A DNA stretch of 32,000 bases from NCBI RefSeq assembly GCF_000018785.1, contig NC_010163.1, positions 1,020,001 through 1,052,000 on the forward strand, given 5' to 3'. The notes beneath the pieces are model-generated. The model saw only the letters and a list, made by a program, of their open reading frames with translations. It was not told where the DNA came from and made no database searches. Every line of letters starts with the position of its first letter. Position 1 is the first letter of the stretch. The position numbers and the translations under genes were made by a program. The DNA is from Acholeplasma laidlawii PG-8A. GTDB lineage: Bacteria; Bacillota_I; Bacilli_A; Acholeplasmatales; Acholeplasmataceae. This document shows positions 1 through 8,685 of this stretch, piece after piece.

Positions 1-876
1 AAGTACCCTTCGTTAAAAAAGGTAATTGGTGAAGATATTATTGTCACTGACGGTAACACTTTATTAGGTGCCGATGATAAAGCAGGTGTTGCAGAAATTA
101 TGGAACTACTTCATAGAATCGCTGATGATAAGTCTATCAAACATGGTGACATCTATATTTGTTTCACACCGGATGAAGAAATCGGACAAGGTGCTGATAG
201 ATTTGATTATGAATGGTTCAAAGCTGATTTTGCATATACTTTAGATGGTAGCGAAGTTGGTGGTATTGAATACGAAAACTTTAACGCTGCAAGTGCAGAC
301 GTTAAATTTATCGGTAACTCCATACACCCAGGTAGTGCTAAAAATAAAATGATTAACGCACTTCACCTACAAATGGAGTTCCATAGTATGTTACCTAAGT
401 TTCTAGATCCAGCAATTACTGAAGGTTATGAAGGTTTTAACCACTTATCGAATGTAACTGGTCAAGTTGAAGAGGCTTCTGCACACTATATTATTAGAAA
501 TCACCATATGGCTAAGTTTTTAGAACAACAAAAAACTTTTGAAGCGATTAAAAACTATATGAATGAAAAGTATGGTTATGAAGCTGTTGTATTACATATT
601 AAAGAATCTTACTTAAATATGTATGAAATTATTAAAGATCACATGTACGTGATTGATTATGCAGTCAATGCAACCAAAGCTGCAGGCTTAACGCCTAAAT
701 TTGAAGCAATTCGTGGCGGTACAGATGGCGCTAGATTAACTTATGGTGGACTTATTTGTCCAAACCTCGGTACAGGTGCATATCACTTCCATGGACGTTT
801 AGAGTTTGCAAGTATTAACCAAATGGAAAAAGCTGTTGAAGTTATGTTTAATATCATAAAGGAAGTACAAAAATAA
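1..876 (+). CDS. pepT: Peptidase T (tripeptide aminopeptidase, M20B), 5'-truncated by the window edge
   Basis: Frame 1 is open from base 1 (KYPSLKKVIGEDIIVTDGNTLLGADDKAGVAEIMELL...), so the listed Met at 100 is internal. The GADDKAG and FTPDEEIG metal-binding motifs and the C-terminal GGTDGA are typical of PepT. Confidence 0.9.
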   Translation, partial: KYPSLKKVIGEDIIVTDGNTLLGADDKAGVAEIMELLHRIADDKSIKHGDIYICFTPDEEIGQGADRFDYEWFKADFAYTLDGSEVGGIEYENFNAASADVKFIGNSIHPGSAKNKMINALHLQMEFHSMLPKFLDPAITEGYEGFNHLSNVTGQVEEASAHYIIRNHHMAKFLEQQKTFEAIKNYMNEKYGYEAVVLHIKESYLNMYEIIKDHMYVIDYAVNATKAAGLTPKFEAIRGGTDGARLTYGGLICPNLGTGAYHFHGRLEFASINQMEKAVEVMFNIIKEVQK

Positions 877-892
877 AAGGAGGTTTTATTTT

Positions 893-1888
893 ATGTATGT
901 AGCAAACCCAGATAGATATCAAAAGATGCAGTATCGTAGATTGGGTAACAGTGGTTTAGTGTTACCTGTGCTATCTTTTGGTATGTGGTATAACTTTGGT
1001 GAGCATAATGATTATGATACATCCAAAGCAATGATTTTAAAAGCATTTGATCACGGTATCACACACTTTGATCTTGCGAATAATTATGGTCCACCTCCCG
1101 GACATGCAGAGACTGTAATGGGTCGCATTTTAAACGACGGTCTTATAGCTTATAGAGATGAAATCATTATTTCTACTAAAGCAGGATTTAGAATGCATGA
1201 TGGTCCTTATCAAGATGGCGGTTCAAGAAAGTACTTAATGTCTTCGCTTGATCAATCACTAAAAAGATTAGGTATCCCATATGTTGATATCTTCTACCAT
1301 CATAGATATGATAGTCAAACATCTTTAAGAGAGACAATGATTGCATTAAGGGATATTGTTTTAAGCGGTAAAGCATTATATGTAGGTTTATCAAACTATA
1401 ATGCAGAACAACTAAAAACAGCGCATAAAATACTTAATGAACTCAATGTTCCATATGTCATTACTCAGCCAAGCTATTCCATGTTAAATCGCTGGATTGA
1501 AAAAGATAATTTATTAGAAACTCAAAAAAACCTAGGTGGTGGCGTTATTTGTTATTCAGCACTCGCACAAGGTTTACTCACTAATAAGTATATTACAGGC
1601 ATTCCAAGTGATTCACGTGCCAAAAACCCTGACGCACTTTGGTTTAAAGAAAAAGATGTCACACCTGAAGTTGTTGAAAAGTTAAAAAAACTGGACTTGA
1701 TCGCATCCAAACGCGGTCAAACAATTGCACAAATGGCACTTGTTTGGACCTTAAGAGATGAAAAGATGACTTCTACTTTAATTTCTACATCAAAACCTAA
1801 ACAACTAGAAGAGAACCTAGCTGCATTAGATAATATGAATTTTACAGAAGATGAATTACTACAAATCGATCACATTTTAAATAGTTAG
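893..1888 (+). CDS. Aldo/keto reductase (YghZ/Kv-beta-like subfamily)
   Basis: AAGGAGG RBS lies 7 nt upstream. N-terminal YRRLGNSGLVLPVLSFGMW, DLANNYG, and full AKR length (331 aa). Confidence 0.85.
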   Translation: MYVANPDRYQKMQYRRLGNSGLVLPVLSFGMWYNFGEHNDYDTSKAMILKAFDHGITHFDLANNYGPPPGHAETVMGRILNDGLIAYRDEIIISTKAGFRMHDGPYQDGGSRKYLMSSLDQSLKRLGIPYVDIFYHHRYDSQTSLRETMIALRDIVLSGKALYVGLSNYNAEQLKTAHKILNELNVPYVITQPSYSMLNRWIEKDNLLETQKNLGGGVICYSALAQGLLTNKYITGIPSDSRAKNPDALWFKEKDVTPEVVEKLKKLDLIASKRGQTIAQMALVWTLRDEKMTSTLISTSKPKQLEENLAALDNMNFTEDELLQIDHILNS

Positions 1889-1895
1889 TATAGTT

Positions 1896-1919
1896 AAAGG
1901 CACCTTTAAAGGTGCCTTT
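1896..1919. terminator. Bidirectional intrinsic terminator between convergent genes
   Basis: Perfect palindrome AAAGGCACCTTT/AAAGGTGCCTTT (GGCACC stem) with A/T runs on both sides. It lies between the AKR stop (1888) and the minus-strand ATPase stop (1924). Confidence 0.7.
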
Positions 1920-1923
1920 ATTT

Positions 1924-3141
1924 TTATAATTTATCAAAATAACCTTCTAAATATAAATTAAGTATTTTTTTATCTTTCCTAATGCCTAATGCACTTAAGT
2001 AGTTTAACTTAGAAAACGGATTTTTTGAAACATAAATCATTTCCTTAAAGTCAAAGTGACTACTATCAAATAATAACATATCATGTGTTGTACAGTTTAA
2101 CTTTATATGTTTTAGACTTAAGATAGGTCGCACCTTTTTTAACCATCTAGTAAATGATGCATGATCGATATGACTTGTCACATCCTCAATAAAGATTGCG
2201 TCATAAACTTTAGCGTTTGAAATCATCATACTTAAAACAAGAATCGCTTTTTCACCTTTGGATAAGTCGCTAAAGTTTAGTATCTTTCCATCATTGTAAT
2301 GAACATCAATTGCATGTATAGACAATTCGTTTAGATTGCGACCACTTAATTTGTAAAACTCATCATATACTTCAATAAAAAAGTTTGATGTATTAAACTT
2401 CGTGACATGATTTCTAAACTCATCTAATAGATGATCATAACGGTGTCTATTTAAGCGATACCTCAAATCATCTAAGGTTACTTCTTTATATTGAAGCGAA
2501 TGTATTTGAGGTAGTACAGATTGTACCAATTTTAATACACTCACATAATGACTCTCATCCATATCTGTATAGAAGTTGATATGATTATCCGGTCTTAGAA
2601 ATTTTAGTTTATGGATATAGTCTGCTAGTTTTGAAAGTATGAGTGCACCCTTACTTTCAGAAAAGTCTTTTAATCTTAAGTGATTTAATATAAACTCACG
2701 TTTATCAAATCTTAAATCATATAGATAGGTTTTAAATCTTTCAAAATCAAATGGCGTAAATATTCTTTCTAATTTATCACCAATCGTAATATCATATCCA
2801 TCTCTTATAAAATACACATACTTGGATGTTTTAGTGACTTGTTCTAATGCCTCATAAAGTATTTCACTTTTATCATAATTAAGTGTTGTATGATAATGAA
2901 TCATCTGATTATCTATCATGAATTCAATGGTGTAGGTGGTCTTTATTTCATCAGGTATACGTTCAACTGATCGCATACCATATAAAAACACTTCTTTAAA
3001 CTGTTTTATAGCTTCAAACACTAGTGATTTACCAGAACCTACTTTACCAAATAACATATTAAAGATAAGCTGATCATCAAAGTTTAGAGTAACCTCATTA
3101 TGTATTGATTTGAAATTTGATATTTTTATACTATTTATCAT
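1924..3141 (-). CDS. Stand-alone ABC/SMC-like AAA ATPase (AAA_15/AAA_21-type)
   Basis: N-terminal IKISNFKSI...FGKVGSGKS Walker A. C-terminal LSKGEKA signature-like motif, AIFIEDV Walker B and TTHD H-loop. No adjacent partner gene. Confidence 0.6.
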   Translation of the reverse strand: MINSIKISNFKSIHNEVTLNFDDQLIFNMLFGKVGSGKSLVFEAIKQFKEVFLYGMRSVERIPDEIKTTYTIEFMIDNQMIHYHTTLNYDKSEILYEALEQVTKTSKYVYFIRDGYDITIGDKLERIFTPFDFERFKTYLYDLRFDKREFILNHLRLKDFSESKGALILSKLADYIHKLKFLRPDNHINFYTDMDESHYVSVLKLVQSVLPQIHSLQYKEVTLDDLRYRLNRHRYDHLLDEFRNHVTKFNTSNFFIEVYDEFYKLSGRNLNELSIHAIDVHYNDGKILNFSDLSKGEKAILVLSMMISNAKVYDAIFIEDVTSHIDHASFTRWLKKVRPILSLKHIKLNCTTHDMLLFDSSHFDFKEMIYVSKNPFSKLNYLSALGIRKDKKILNLYLEGYFDKL

Positions 3142-3280
3142 ATTATTCGTAATTCCTTATCTATATTTTATATATTAAGATGTCTATATAATCTATCTTA
3201 CGATTATTTCGTTTATATTGCAAGAAGTTAGTAAAAGAAGATGTCTCTATATATAATATACAAGAATTAGAAAAAGGATA

Positions 3281-4021
3281 ATGATATATATGATTAAATT
3301 AGAACATATAAGTAAATCATTTAAGACAAAAAATAACAGTGTTTGTGCACTCGATGATATTTCACTTGAAATCCATGATGGTGAGATATTTGGCATCATT
3401 GGAAAAAGTGGTGTTGGTAAATCCACGCTACTAAAGATACTATCTTTATCAATGATGTATGATACCGGCACATACACATTAATGGATATAGATGTTAAAA
3501 CGTTAACTCATAAAGATAAGGTTAAACTTCTACAAAACACTTCGTTTATTTATCAAAACTTTTCCTTACTATATAACTTAAATGTTTTAGATAATGTCAG
3601 TTTACCTTTAAAGTTACGTGGTGTCGATAAACTAACCCGTCATCAAAAGGCTAGAGAGATGTTAGCCTTTGTCGGCCTAGATTCTAAAGCACTAGATTAT
3701 CCAATCACCTTATCTGGTGGCGAGGCACAGCGTATCAGTATTGCTAGAGCGTTAATTACAGATCCTAAACTACTTTTTTTAGATGAACCCACTTCAGCAC
3801 TTGATGAAGAAACTGCCTATGATATTTTAAAGCTTATTAGAAAACTACATGAAACCTTCAAACCTACGATTGTATTTGTCTCACACCAAATACAATCCAT
3901 CAAGTATCTATGTGACCGAGTGATGATGCTTGGAGATAATAAGATTAAACATATTGGAAAAATTGATAAATTAAGTACACTCTCCACCACTTATGATGCA
4001 ATCTGGGGTGACAGACTATGA
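3281..4021 (+). CDS. metN: Methionine-type ABC transporter ATP-binding protein (short form without C-terminal NIL domain)
   Basis: Walker A GKSGVGKST, signature LSGGEAQR, Walker B LLFLDEPTSALD. ATGA overlap with the downstream permease, and a MetQ lipoprotein gene follows. The true start may be the Met at 3290. Confidence 0.85.
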   Translation: MIYMIKLEHISKSFKTKNNSVCALDDISLEIHDGEIFGIIGKSGVGKSTLLKILSLSMMYDTGTYTLMDIDVKTLTHKDKVKLLQNTSFIYQNFSLLYNLNVLDNVSLPLKLRGVDKLTRHQKAREMLAFVGLDSKALDYPITLSGGEAQRISIARALITDPKLLFLDEPTSALDEETAYDILKLIRKLHETFKPTIVFVSHQIQSIKYLCDRVMMLGDNKIKHIGKIDKLSTLSTTYDAIWGDRL

Positions 4022-4697
4022 TCATGTTTATCAGTCAAATAGATCAATTAAAACTCATAGATGCTGCACTTGAAACATTCAATCTATTATTGGTAAGTAC
4101 ATTAATATCCTTACCAATTGGTACATTACTTGGTATGATGTTTGCACTTTATGAAAAGAAAGTATTTCATCAGTTTAAATCTCTTGTACATATACTTTCT
4201 ATTTTAGTAAGTATCATACGTTCCATTCCATTTGTTTTATTGATGGTTATCATCATACCAACATCATTTGATCTATTTGGTACAAGTATTGGTTTCATAC
4301 CTTCTATTATGGCATTAAGCCTGATTGGAATAGCTACATTAGCTAGACTCGTGGAACAAGCTATCATAGATATGAATCCAATGATAATTGATATTGCACA
4401 CACAATGGGTGCATCTAAATATCAATTATTTAAAGAGTTTATCTTTGTAGAAGCAAGATCATCCATAATCTTAGCGTTTACTTCGTTTTTGGTAAGTCTA
4501 CTTGCTTATTCTTCTGTGGTTTATATTATCGGTGGTGGAGGATTAGGCTATACTGCGATTCAATAGGTTATTACTCACCTGTTGGTAAAACCTTAATGTG
4601 GGCTTCAACCATTATTATGATTCTAATTGTACAAGTAGTTCAACTACTTGGAAATATACTTGCAAATTATTTAAACAAAAAGAAAAGAGGTCATTAA
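4018..4697 (+). pseudogene. metI: Methionine ABC transporter permease interrupted by a 1-nt frameshift
   Basis: Frame 1 ends ...GGGGLGYTAIQ-TAG at 4564-4566. Frame 3 continues from 4566 as GYYSPVGKTLMWASTIIMILIVQVVQLLGNILANYLNKKKRGH-TAA (4695-4697). This is the conserved last helix of MetI (compare E. coli GYQYGYIGYNATVM...). One base appears to be missing from a Tyr codon. Confidence 0.75.
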
Positions 4698-4698
4698 C

Positions 4699-5502
4699 AT
4701 GAAAAAATTATTACTTATCACAACTACCATACTTTTAGGCTTATTAACTGCTTGTACATCTTCTGATGATGTATTAAAAATTGGCGTAAACTTTTATCCG
4801 ATGCCTGAGTTACTTGATTTAATTGAAGCGGATTTATTAGAAAAAGGTATTAAAATTGAACAAGTTCAAATGGATTACAACGTATTAAACACGCCACTAA
4901 ATAACGGTGAAATTGATGGAAACATGGTACAACATCAATACTTTATGGAATTCTTTAATAAGGCTAATAACGCAGAACTTGTCATTGCACAACCAATTTA
5001 TCATTCTTACTTTGCATTATATTCAGGTGTTTATGATACGTTAGAAGATATTCCAAATGGTACAACAATTTATGTACCTGAAGATGTCGTCAATCTACCT
5101 AGAGCTTTAATCTTACTAGATAGTTTAGGATTAATCACTTTAAAAGAAGGCATTGATGTCACAGCTACATTAGATGATATTGAATCAAACCCTAAATCCC
5201 TTGTATTTGAAACAAGATCCCTTGGTACAACATCAAGTGCATACCATTCAGATGGTTCTAAACTAGCGATTATGTATCCGACTTATGCAAGAGATACAAA
5301 TAATCAATTAATGGATGATAGTCAAGTTTTAGAATATGAAGAATTAAATGATTTAACTAAGACCTATGCGATTAGTTTTGTAACTAGAAAAGATAATTTA
5401 AATGATCCTAGAATTCAAACATTTATCGAGATTCTTACATCCGGTAAAGTAAGAACTTGGTTAGAAACGAATTACGGTTGGGCTGCTACACCTGCATTCT
5501 AA
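4699..5502 (+). CDS. metQ: Methionine-binding lipoprotein (NlpA/MetQ family)
   Basis: Lipobox LLTAC after a hydrophobic signal. NlpA-family length. Sits in the metN-metI-metQ gene order. Confidence 0.85.
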   Translation: MKKLLLITTTILLGLLTACTSSDDVLKIGVNFYPMPELLDLIEADLLEKGIKIEQVQMDYNVLNTPLNNGEIDGNMVQHQYFMEFFNKANNAELVIAQPIYHSYFALYSGVYDTLEDIPNGTTIYVPEDVVNLPRALILLDSLGLITLKEGIDVTATLDDIESNPKSLVFETRSLGTTSSAYHSDGSKLAIMYPTYARDTNNQLMDDSQVLEYEELNDLTKTYAISFVTRKDNLNDPRIQTFIEILTSGKVRTWLETNYGWAATPAF

Positions 5503-5515
5503 GACTTTAAAAAAA

Positions 5516-5556
5516 ACCTCATTTGTGATATATTAAATACAAGTGAGGTATTTTTT
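5516..5556 (+). terminator. Intrinsic terminator after metQ
   Basis: Stem ACCTCATTTGT (5516-5526) pairs with ACAAGTGAGGT (5539-5549) with one G-U pair, followed by ATTTTTTT. Confidence 0.6.
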
Positions 5557-5557
5557 T

Positions 5558-6376
5558 ATGGACATTTTAAAAACATTTTTAACTGAGTGGTTAACAGGTC
5601 TAGCATTTGACCCTGTATTAGTTAGTTTAATCGTTACTGTTGCTTCAATTTTTGGTTGGATACTTATTGGTTCTGTCTTTCATATGGTCATTAAATTGGT
5701 CATTTCAAGACTTAAAGCTAAAGAAAAACGTATGGTGAGACGTCAACGTACTGTTGCAGCACTCATATTGGCCCTTATTAAGTATTTGTTCTGGTTTGTT
5801 ATGGCCATGATGGTCTTAAAAGAATTTGGCCTTGATTTAGCCCCAATCCTTGCAAGTGCCGGTATCTTAGGTTTTGCTGTTGGCTTTGGTGCACAAGAAC
5901 TTATTAAAGACATGATAGCTGGATTCTTTATTATTTTTGAAGGTGCGATGAGTGTAGGAGATTTTGTTGAAGTTGGTAATTTTTCCGGTACCGTTCAAGA
6001 AGTAGGTATTAGACGTACCAAAATCTTAAATTGGAAGAATGAATTGAGATTAGTGAATAATGGTGATATTAAATCACTAACCAATTTTGCAGGTAGAGAT
6101 TCAGTGGGTGTTGTAGAGTTTTTCGTATCTGCTCAGTTTGATATAAATCATTTTACAAGTGATTCATTTAATGAGCTACTAGCTAGTTATAAAAAGTATG
6201 ACGCTATTACTGAACTTCCAAGTTATCAAGGGGTAGTGGATACACAGTTACATAATTTAAAACTAAGAGTTATTTTTAAGACTCAAAATCAAAAGCATTA
6301 CAGTATCGAAAGAGATTTAAGACGCGATATTCAAGTGTTTATTCAAAGCATTCGAGAAGAAACTAAAGTGTTTTAG
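5558..6376 (+). CDS. mscS: Small-conductance mechanosensitive channel (MscS family)
   Basis: TM helices followed by GAQELIKDMIAGFFIIFEGAMSVGDFVEVG..GTVQEVGIRRTKI, the MscS TM3/beta-domain signature. I prefer the ATG at 5558 over the listed GTG at 5543, because GTGAGG looks like the RBS. Confidence 0.85.
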   Translation: MDILKTFLTEWLTGLAFDPVLVSLIVTVASIFGWILIGSVFHMVIKLVISRLKAKEKRMVRRQRTVAALILALIKYLFWFVMAMMVLKEFGLDLAPILASAGILGFAVGFGAQELIKDMIAGFFIIFEGAMSVGDFVEVGNFSGTVQEVGIRRTKILNWKNELRLVNNGDIKSLTNFAGRDSVGVVEFFVSAQFDINHFTSDSFNELLASYKKYDAITELPSYQGVVDTQLHNLKLRVIFKTQNQKHYSIERDLRRDIQVFIQSIREETKVF

Positions 6377-6383
6377 AAAAAAG

Positions 6384-6430
6384 CCGACTAGGTAAGAATG
6401 GGAGACATTCTAGTACCTAGTCGGTTTTTA
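6384..6430. terminator. Bidirectional intrinsic terminator (end of mscS and end of the minus-strand fibre operon)
   Basis: Long hairpin CCGACTAGGTA (6384-6394) / TACCTAGTCGG (6414-6424) with inner AGAATG/CATTCT pairing. Flanked by AAAAAA upstream and TTTTTATTTTT downstream. Confidence 0.75.
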
Positions 6431-6443
6431 TTTTTATATATGA

Positions 6444-8681
6444 TTAATTTCTATTTGGATTCCATTCAATAGGGTGTTCTTTCCATACTGTGAAATCTAT
6501 ACCTGGTACATTTGTTTGATCTGTTGGGTTTGTAGGTAATAATAACTCCCAAAAAGACCCGTCGTATATAACAAAATCACCTTGTAGATATCTATTTGTT
6601 GATACCCAAACATCAGTTAACTCGTTCCAACCATTTCTACTAGTACCTGGCTCTGAAGTATTAGTTGTATCATGATTACCATACCATACATAATATTTAC
6701 CTTCATGTTCTACGATGCTCACTTTAGAACCTGAGCGATAATACATCGCTGTAGGGCTCCATTTTAATGATAATGGTTGCCACGCTCCAGAAACACCTGG
6801 TATTTGATTTTGTGAAGTCCCACTTCTTAGAATGTAGAGATCATTATTATAACTAACGATTGAATCTTGAACGTATGTATTTTTAAAGTCCCAATTTTCT
6901 TCTAATGACCACCAACCTGATGTTGTCTCTGGATTGGTGTTTATTGTTGCTGTTGGGTTATTCCAAAAGTATCTTTTACCATTGTAGATTATACTATCAT
7001 AACGGTTATAAGTTGTTGTAGATAGATAATTTCCACGATGATTGAGTAATCTCCAGTTTGCACTTGAACCCGGTGTATTACCAGTACTTACAGCATTAAC
7101 TGCAATGTAGTATTGATTATTATAAGAGACAATACTTTGAACTGGATATGCTCTATTAACATATTCTATGCCAAGTCGTTGATATCCATAAGCACCTAGT
7201 GCAGGTACACTCCAGTTTTCAGCTACCGTTACTTTATAATAATATCCCTCATGATATACATACTCGCCTGACTGATATTTACCCTTATTATGCTCACTGT
7301 AATTGATACTCATGTATTTTAAATTGTAGTGTTGTTCAATAATTTCACTATGTGCGGTAAAACTACCGTAAGACACATACCATGACTTAATATCATTAGA
7401 TAGTGTATAAGTTACATCGCCAGGAGTATATACTTTACCTGTTTCATGTTCTAAACCTAAGAGTTCCCATGCCCATGCTAGTGGTGGAGGATTTCCAGCC
7501 CATACATTAGCTTTTGCACGATAAAATTTATTATTATAGTAAATAATTTCACCAGCTAAGTAAGCTCTTGTATCAGAGTAGTATACAGAAATAGTTTGCC
7601 ATGCCCAAGGAGATGCATCTGGTTCTGCACCTGTAGATGCTTGTCTAGCTTTATAATAACCAGCGTTAACCCCATTACCACTTAAGTCATCATAGTAGAC
7701 CATATCACCAGATTTATACGTAACATTTGGTTGCCAAGTTGGCACCATGGAAGGTGCATACAACACATCTTCTAATCCCCAACTTGTAATTGGCCCATAA
7801 GTTATTTGAATTTCAATTGTATTTCCATTTCTTGAGACTGTGAAATTAAGATGGTTTACTAAATTAATTCTAACATCATAAGTACCCGCAGGAAGTGTTA
7901 AACGGTTAGATAGTGCAGATCTTGTATGCCAAATATAACTAAAGTTATTTGTACCTGATTTAAACTCCACATACACACCACGCGTATATTGAGGATTAGA
8001 TACTCCATTAAAAATAACATTTAATGATTGACCTGAGATATTGGAAGGTACATTAAATTGCTTAATTACGTGATTAGAAGCTGCTAGATTCCAATTTGAA
8101 GATCGATTAGTTTGAACAGCTGATACTACTAAACTTAGTTTTAAAACGGCATTATTTGATAAGTCGTTTAATACACTTGTATTCACAGATGCATTAGTGA
8201 TAAATCCAACATCAAATGGTGTTAAGCCTTTTGATAAGACTTGATCATGCATATAGTATCCTGAATTATCGATACGGTTTGATTGTGCATAATTCCATGT
8301 AAACACATTAGGTTTATTTTGTACAACGTTGTTTACAGTCCATACTTCGACTAATTTAAATCGAACATTAACCGTTTTTAATGCAGTGATTAAAACATTT
8401 ATTGAAAGCGGAAAAGTTGAACCACTTAAATTATTTGAGATTTGTGATTTAGTAAATTGAATTGCATATTCTGTTTGATTATAATAACTACTGTTATAGT
8501 CTAGTGGTTGAGAACCTAATTGTACTCTTGCACTTGATGATATAAGTTCTGTACTACGTGCATTAAGGTCAAGTGCCTCAGTTGAAGGTTGTAGTGTAAA
8601 CCATGCATAAGCACCTACTATTGTTGATAGGAAAACGGTTGTCATAAGAAATAATATAATGATTTTTTTTATTTTTCTCAT
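6444..8681 (-). CDS. Large secreted fibre-associated adhesin: SipW-type signal peptide, N-terminal beta-rich domains and about nine CBM5/12-like carbohydrate-binding repeats
   Basis: The N-terminus TIVGAYAWFTLQPS matches the SipW-cognate signal class (TasA GGTWAAFND, CalY GGTFAYFSD). Residues about 314-735 (nt 6477-7742) contain about nine repeats of 40-48 aa with the pattern W..n.Y..GD.V.Y.n..Y.a...t...P......W. An example is YLAGEIIYYNNKFYRAKANVWAGNPPPLAWAWE, which matches the chitin-binding type 3 / CBM5_12 consensus. Confidence 0.7.
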   Translation of the reverse strand: MRKIKKIIILFLMTTVFLSTIVGAYAWFTLQPSTEALDLNARSTELISSSARVQLGSQPLDYNSSYYNQTEYAIQFTKSQISNNLSGSTFPLSINVLITALKTVNVRFKLVEVWTVNNVVQNKPNVFTWNYAQSNRIDNSGYYMHDQVLSKGLTPFDVGFITNASVNTSVLNDLSNNAVLKLSLVVSAVQTNRSSNWNLAASNHVIKQFNVPSNISGQSLNVIFNGVSNPQYTRGVYVEFKSGTNNFSYIWHTRSALSNRLTLPAGTYDVRINLVNHLNFTVSRNGNTIEIQITYGPITSWGLEDVLYAPSMVPTWQPNVTYKSGDMVYYDDLSGNGVNAGYYKARQASTGAEPDASPWAWQTISVYYSDTRAYLAGEIIYYNNKFYRAKANVWAGNPPPLAWAWELLGLEHETGKVYTPGDVTYTLSNDIKSWYVSYGSFTAHSEIIEQHYNLKYMSINYSEHNKGKYQSGEYVYHEGYYYKVTVAENWSVPALGAYGYQRLGIEYVNRAYPVQSIVSYNNQYYIAVNAVSTGNTPGSSANWRLLNHRGNYLSTTTYNRYDSIIYNGKRYFWNNPTATINTNPETTSGWWSLEENWDFKNTYVQDSIVSYNNDLYILRSGTSQNQIPGVSGAWQPLSLKWSPTAMYYRSGSKVSIVEHEGKYYVWYGNHDTTNTSEPGTSRNGWNELTDVWVSTNRYLQGDFVIYDGSFWELLLPTNPTDQTNVPGIDFTVWKEHPIEWNPNRN

Positions 8682-8685
8682 AGTA

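Noticed and set aside
1188-1394. Antisense or overlapping ORFs in the six-frame track: 1188-1394(-), 3247-3477(-), 4170-4403(-), 13358-13540(+), 14722-14925(+), 14953-15147(+), 15442-15657(-), 19720-19914(+), 21909-22130(-), 29025-29261(+), 30400-30627(+), 30754-31209(+), 31136-31426(+), 31481-31825(+)
   Set aside because: Each lies inside, opposite to, or out of frame with a longer ORF that has clear family motifs. Their translations are low-complexity and I/L/F/S-rich, as expected from AT-rich antisense sequence. None has a convincing RBS.
3142-3280. Possible SAM (S-box) riboswitch or T-box leader upstream of metN
   Set aside because: The intergenic region is only about 140 nt and almost pure A/T. 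It has no conserved S-box helices or T-box (AGGGUGGNACCGCG-like) sequence. A TTGCAA/TATAAT pair is present, but the spacing is 28 nt, so no promoter call was made.
5543-5557. GTG start for mscS at 5543
   Set aside because: GTGAGG is better explained as the Shine-Dalgarno sequence and terminator arm, and the ATG at 5558 is correctly spaced from it. The five extra residues (MRYFF) add nothing recognisable.
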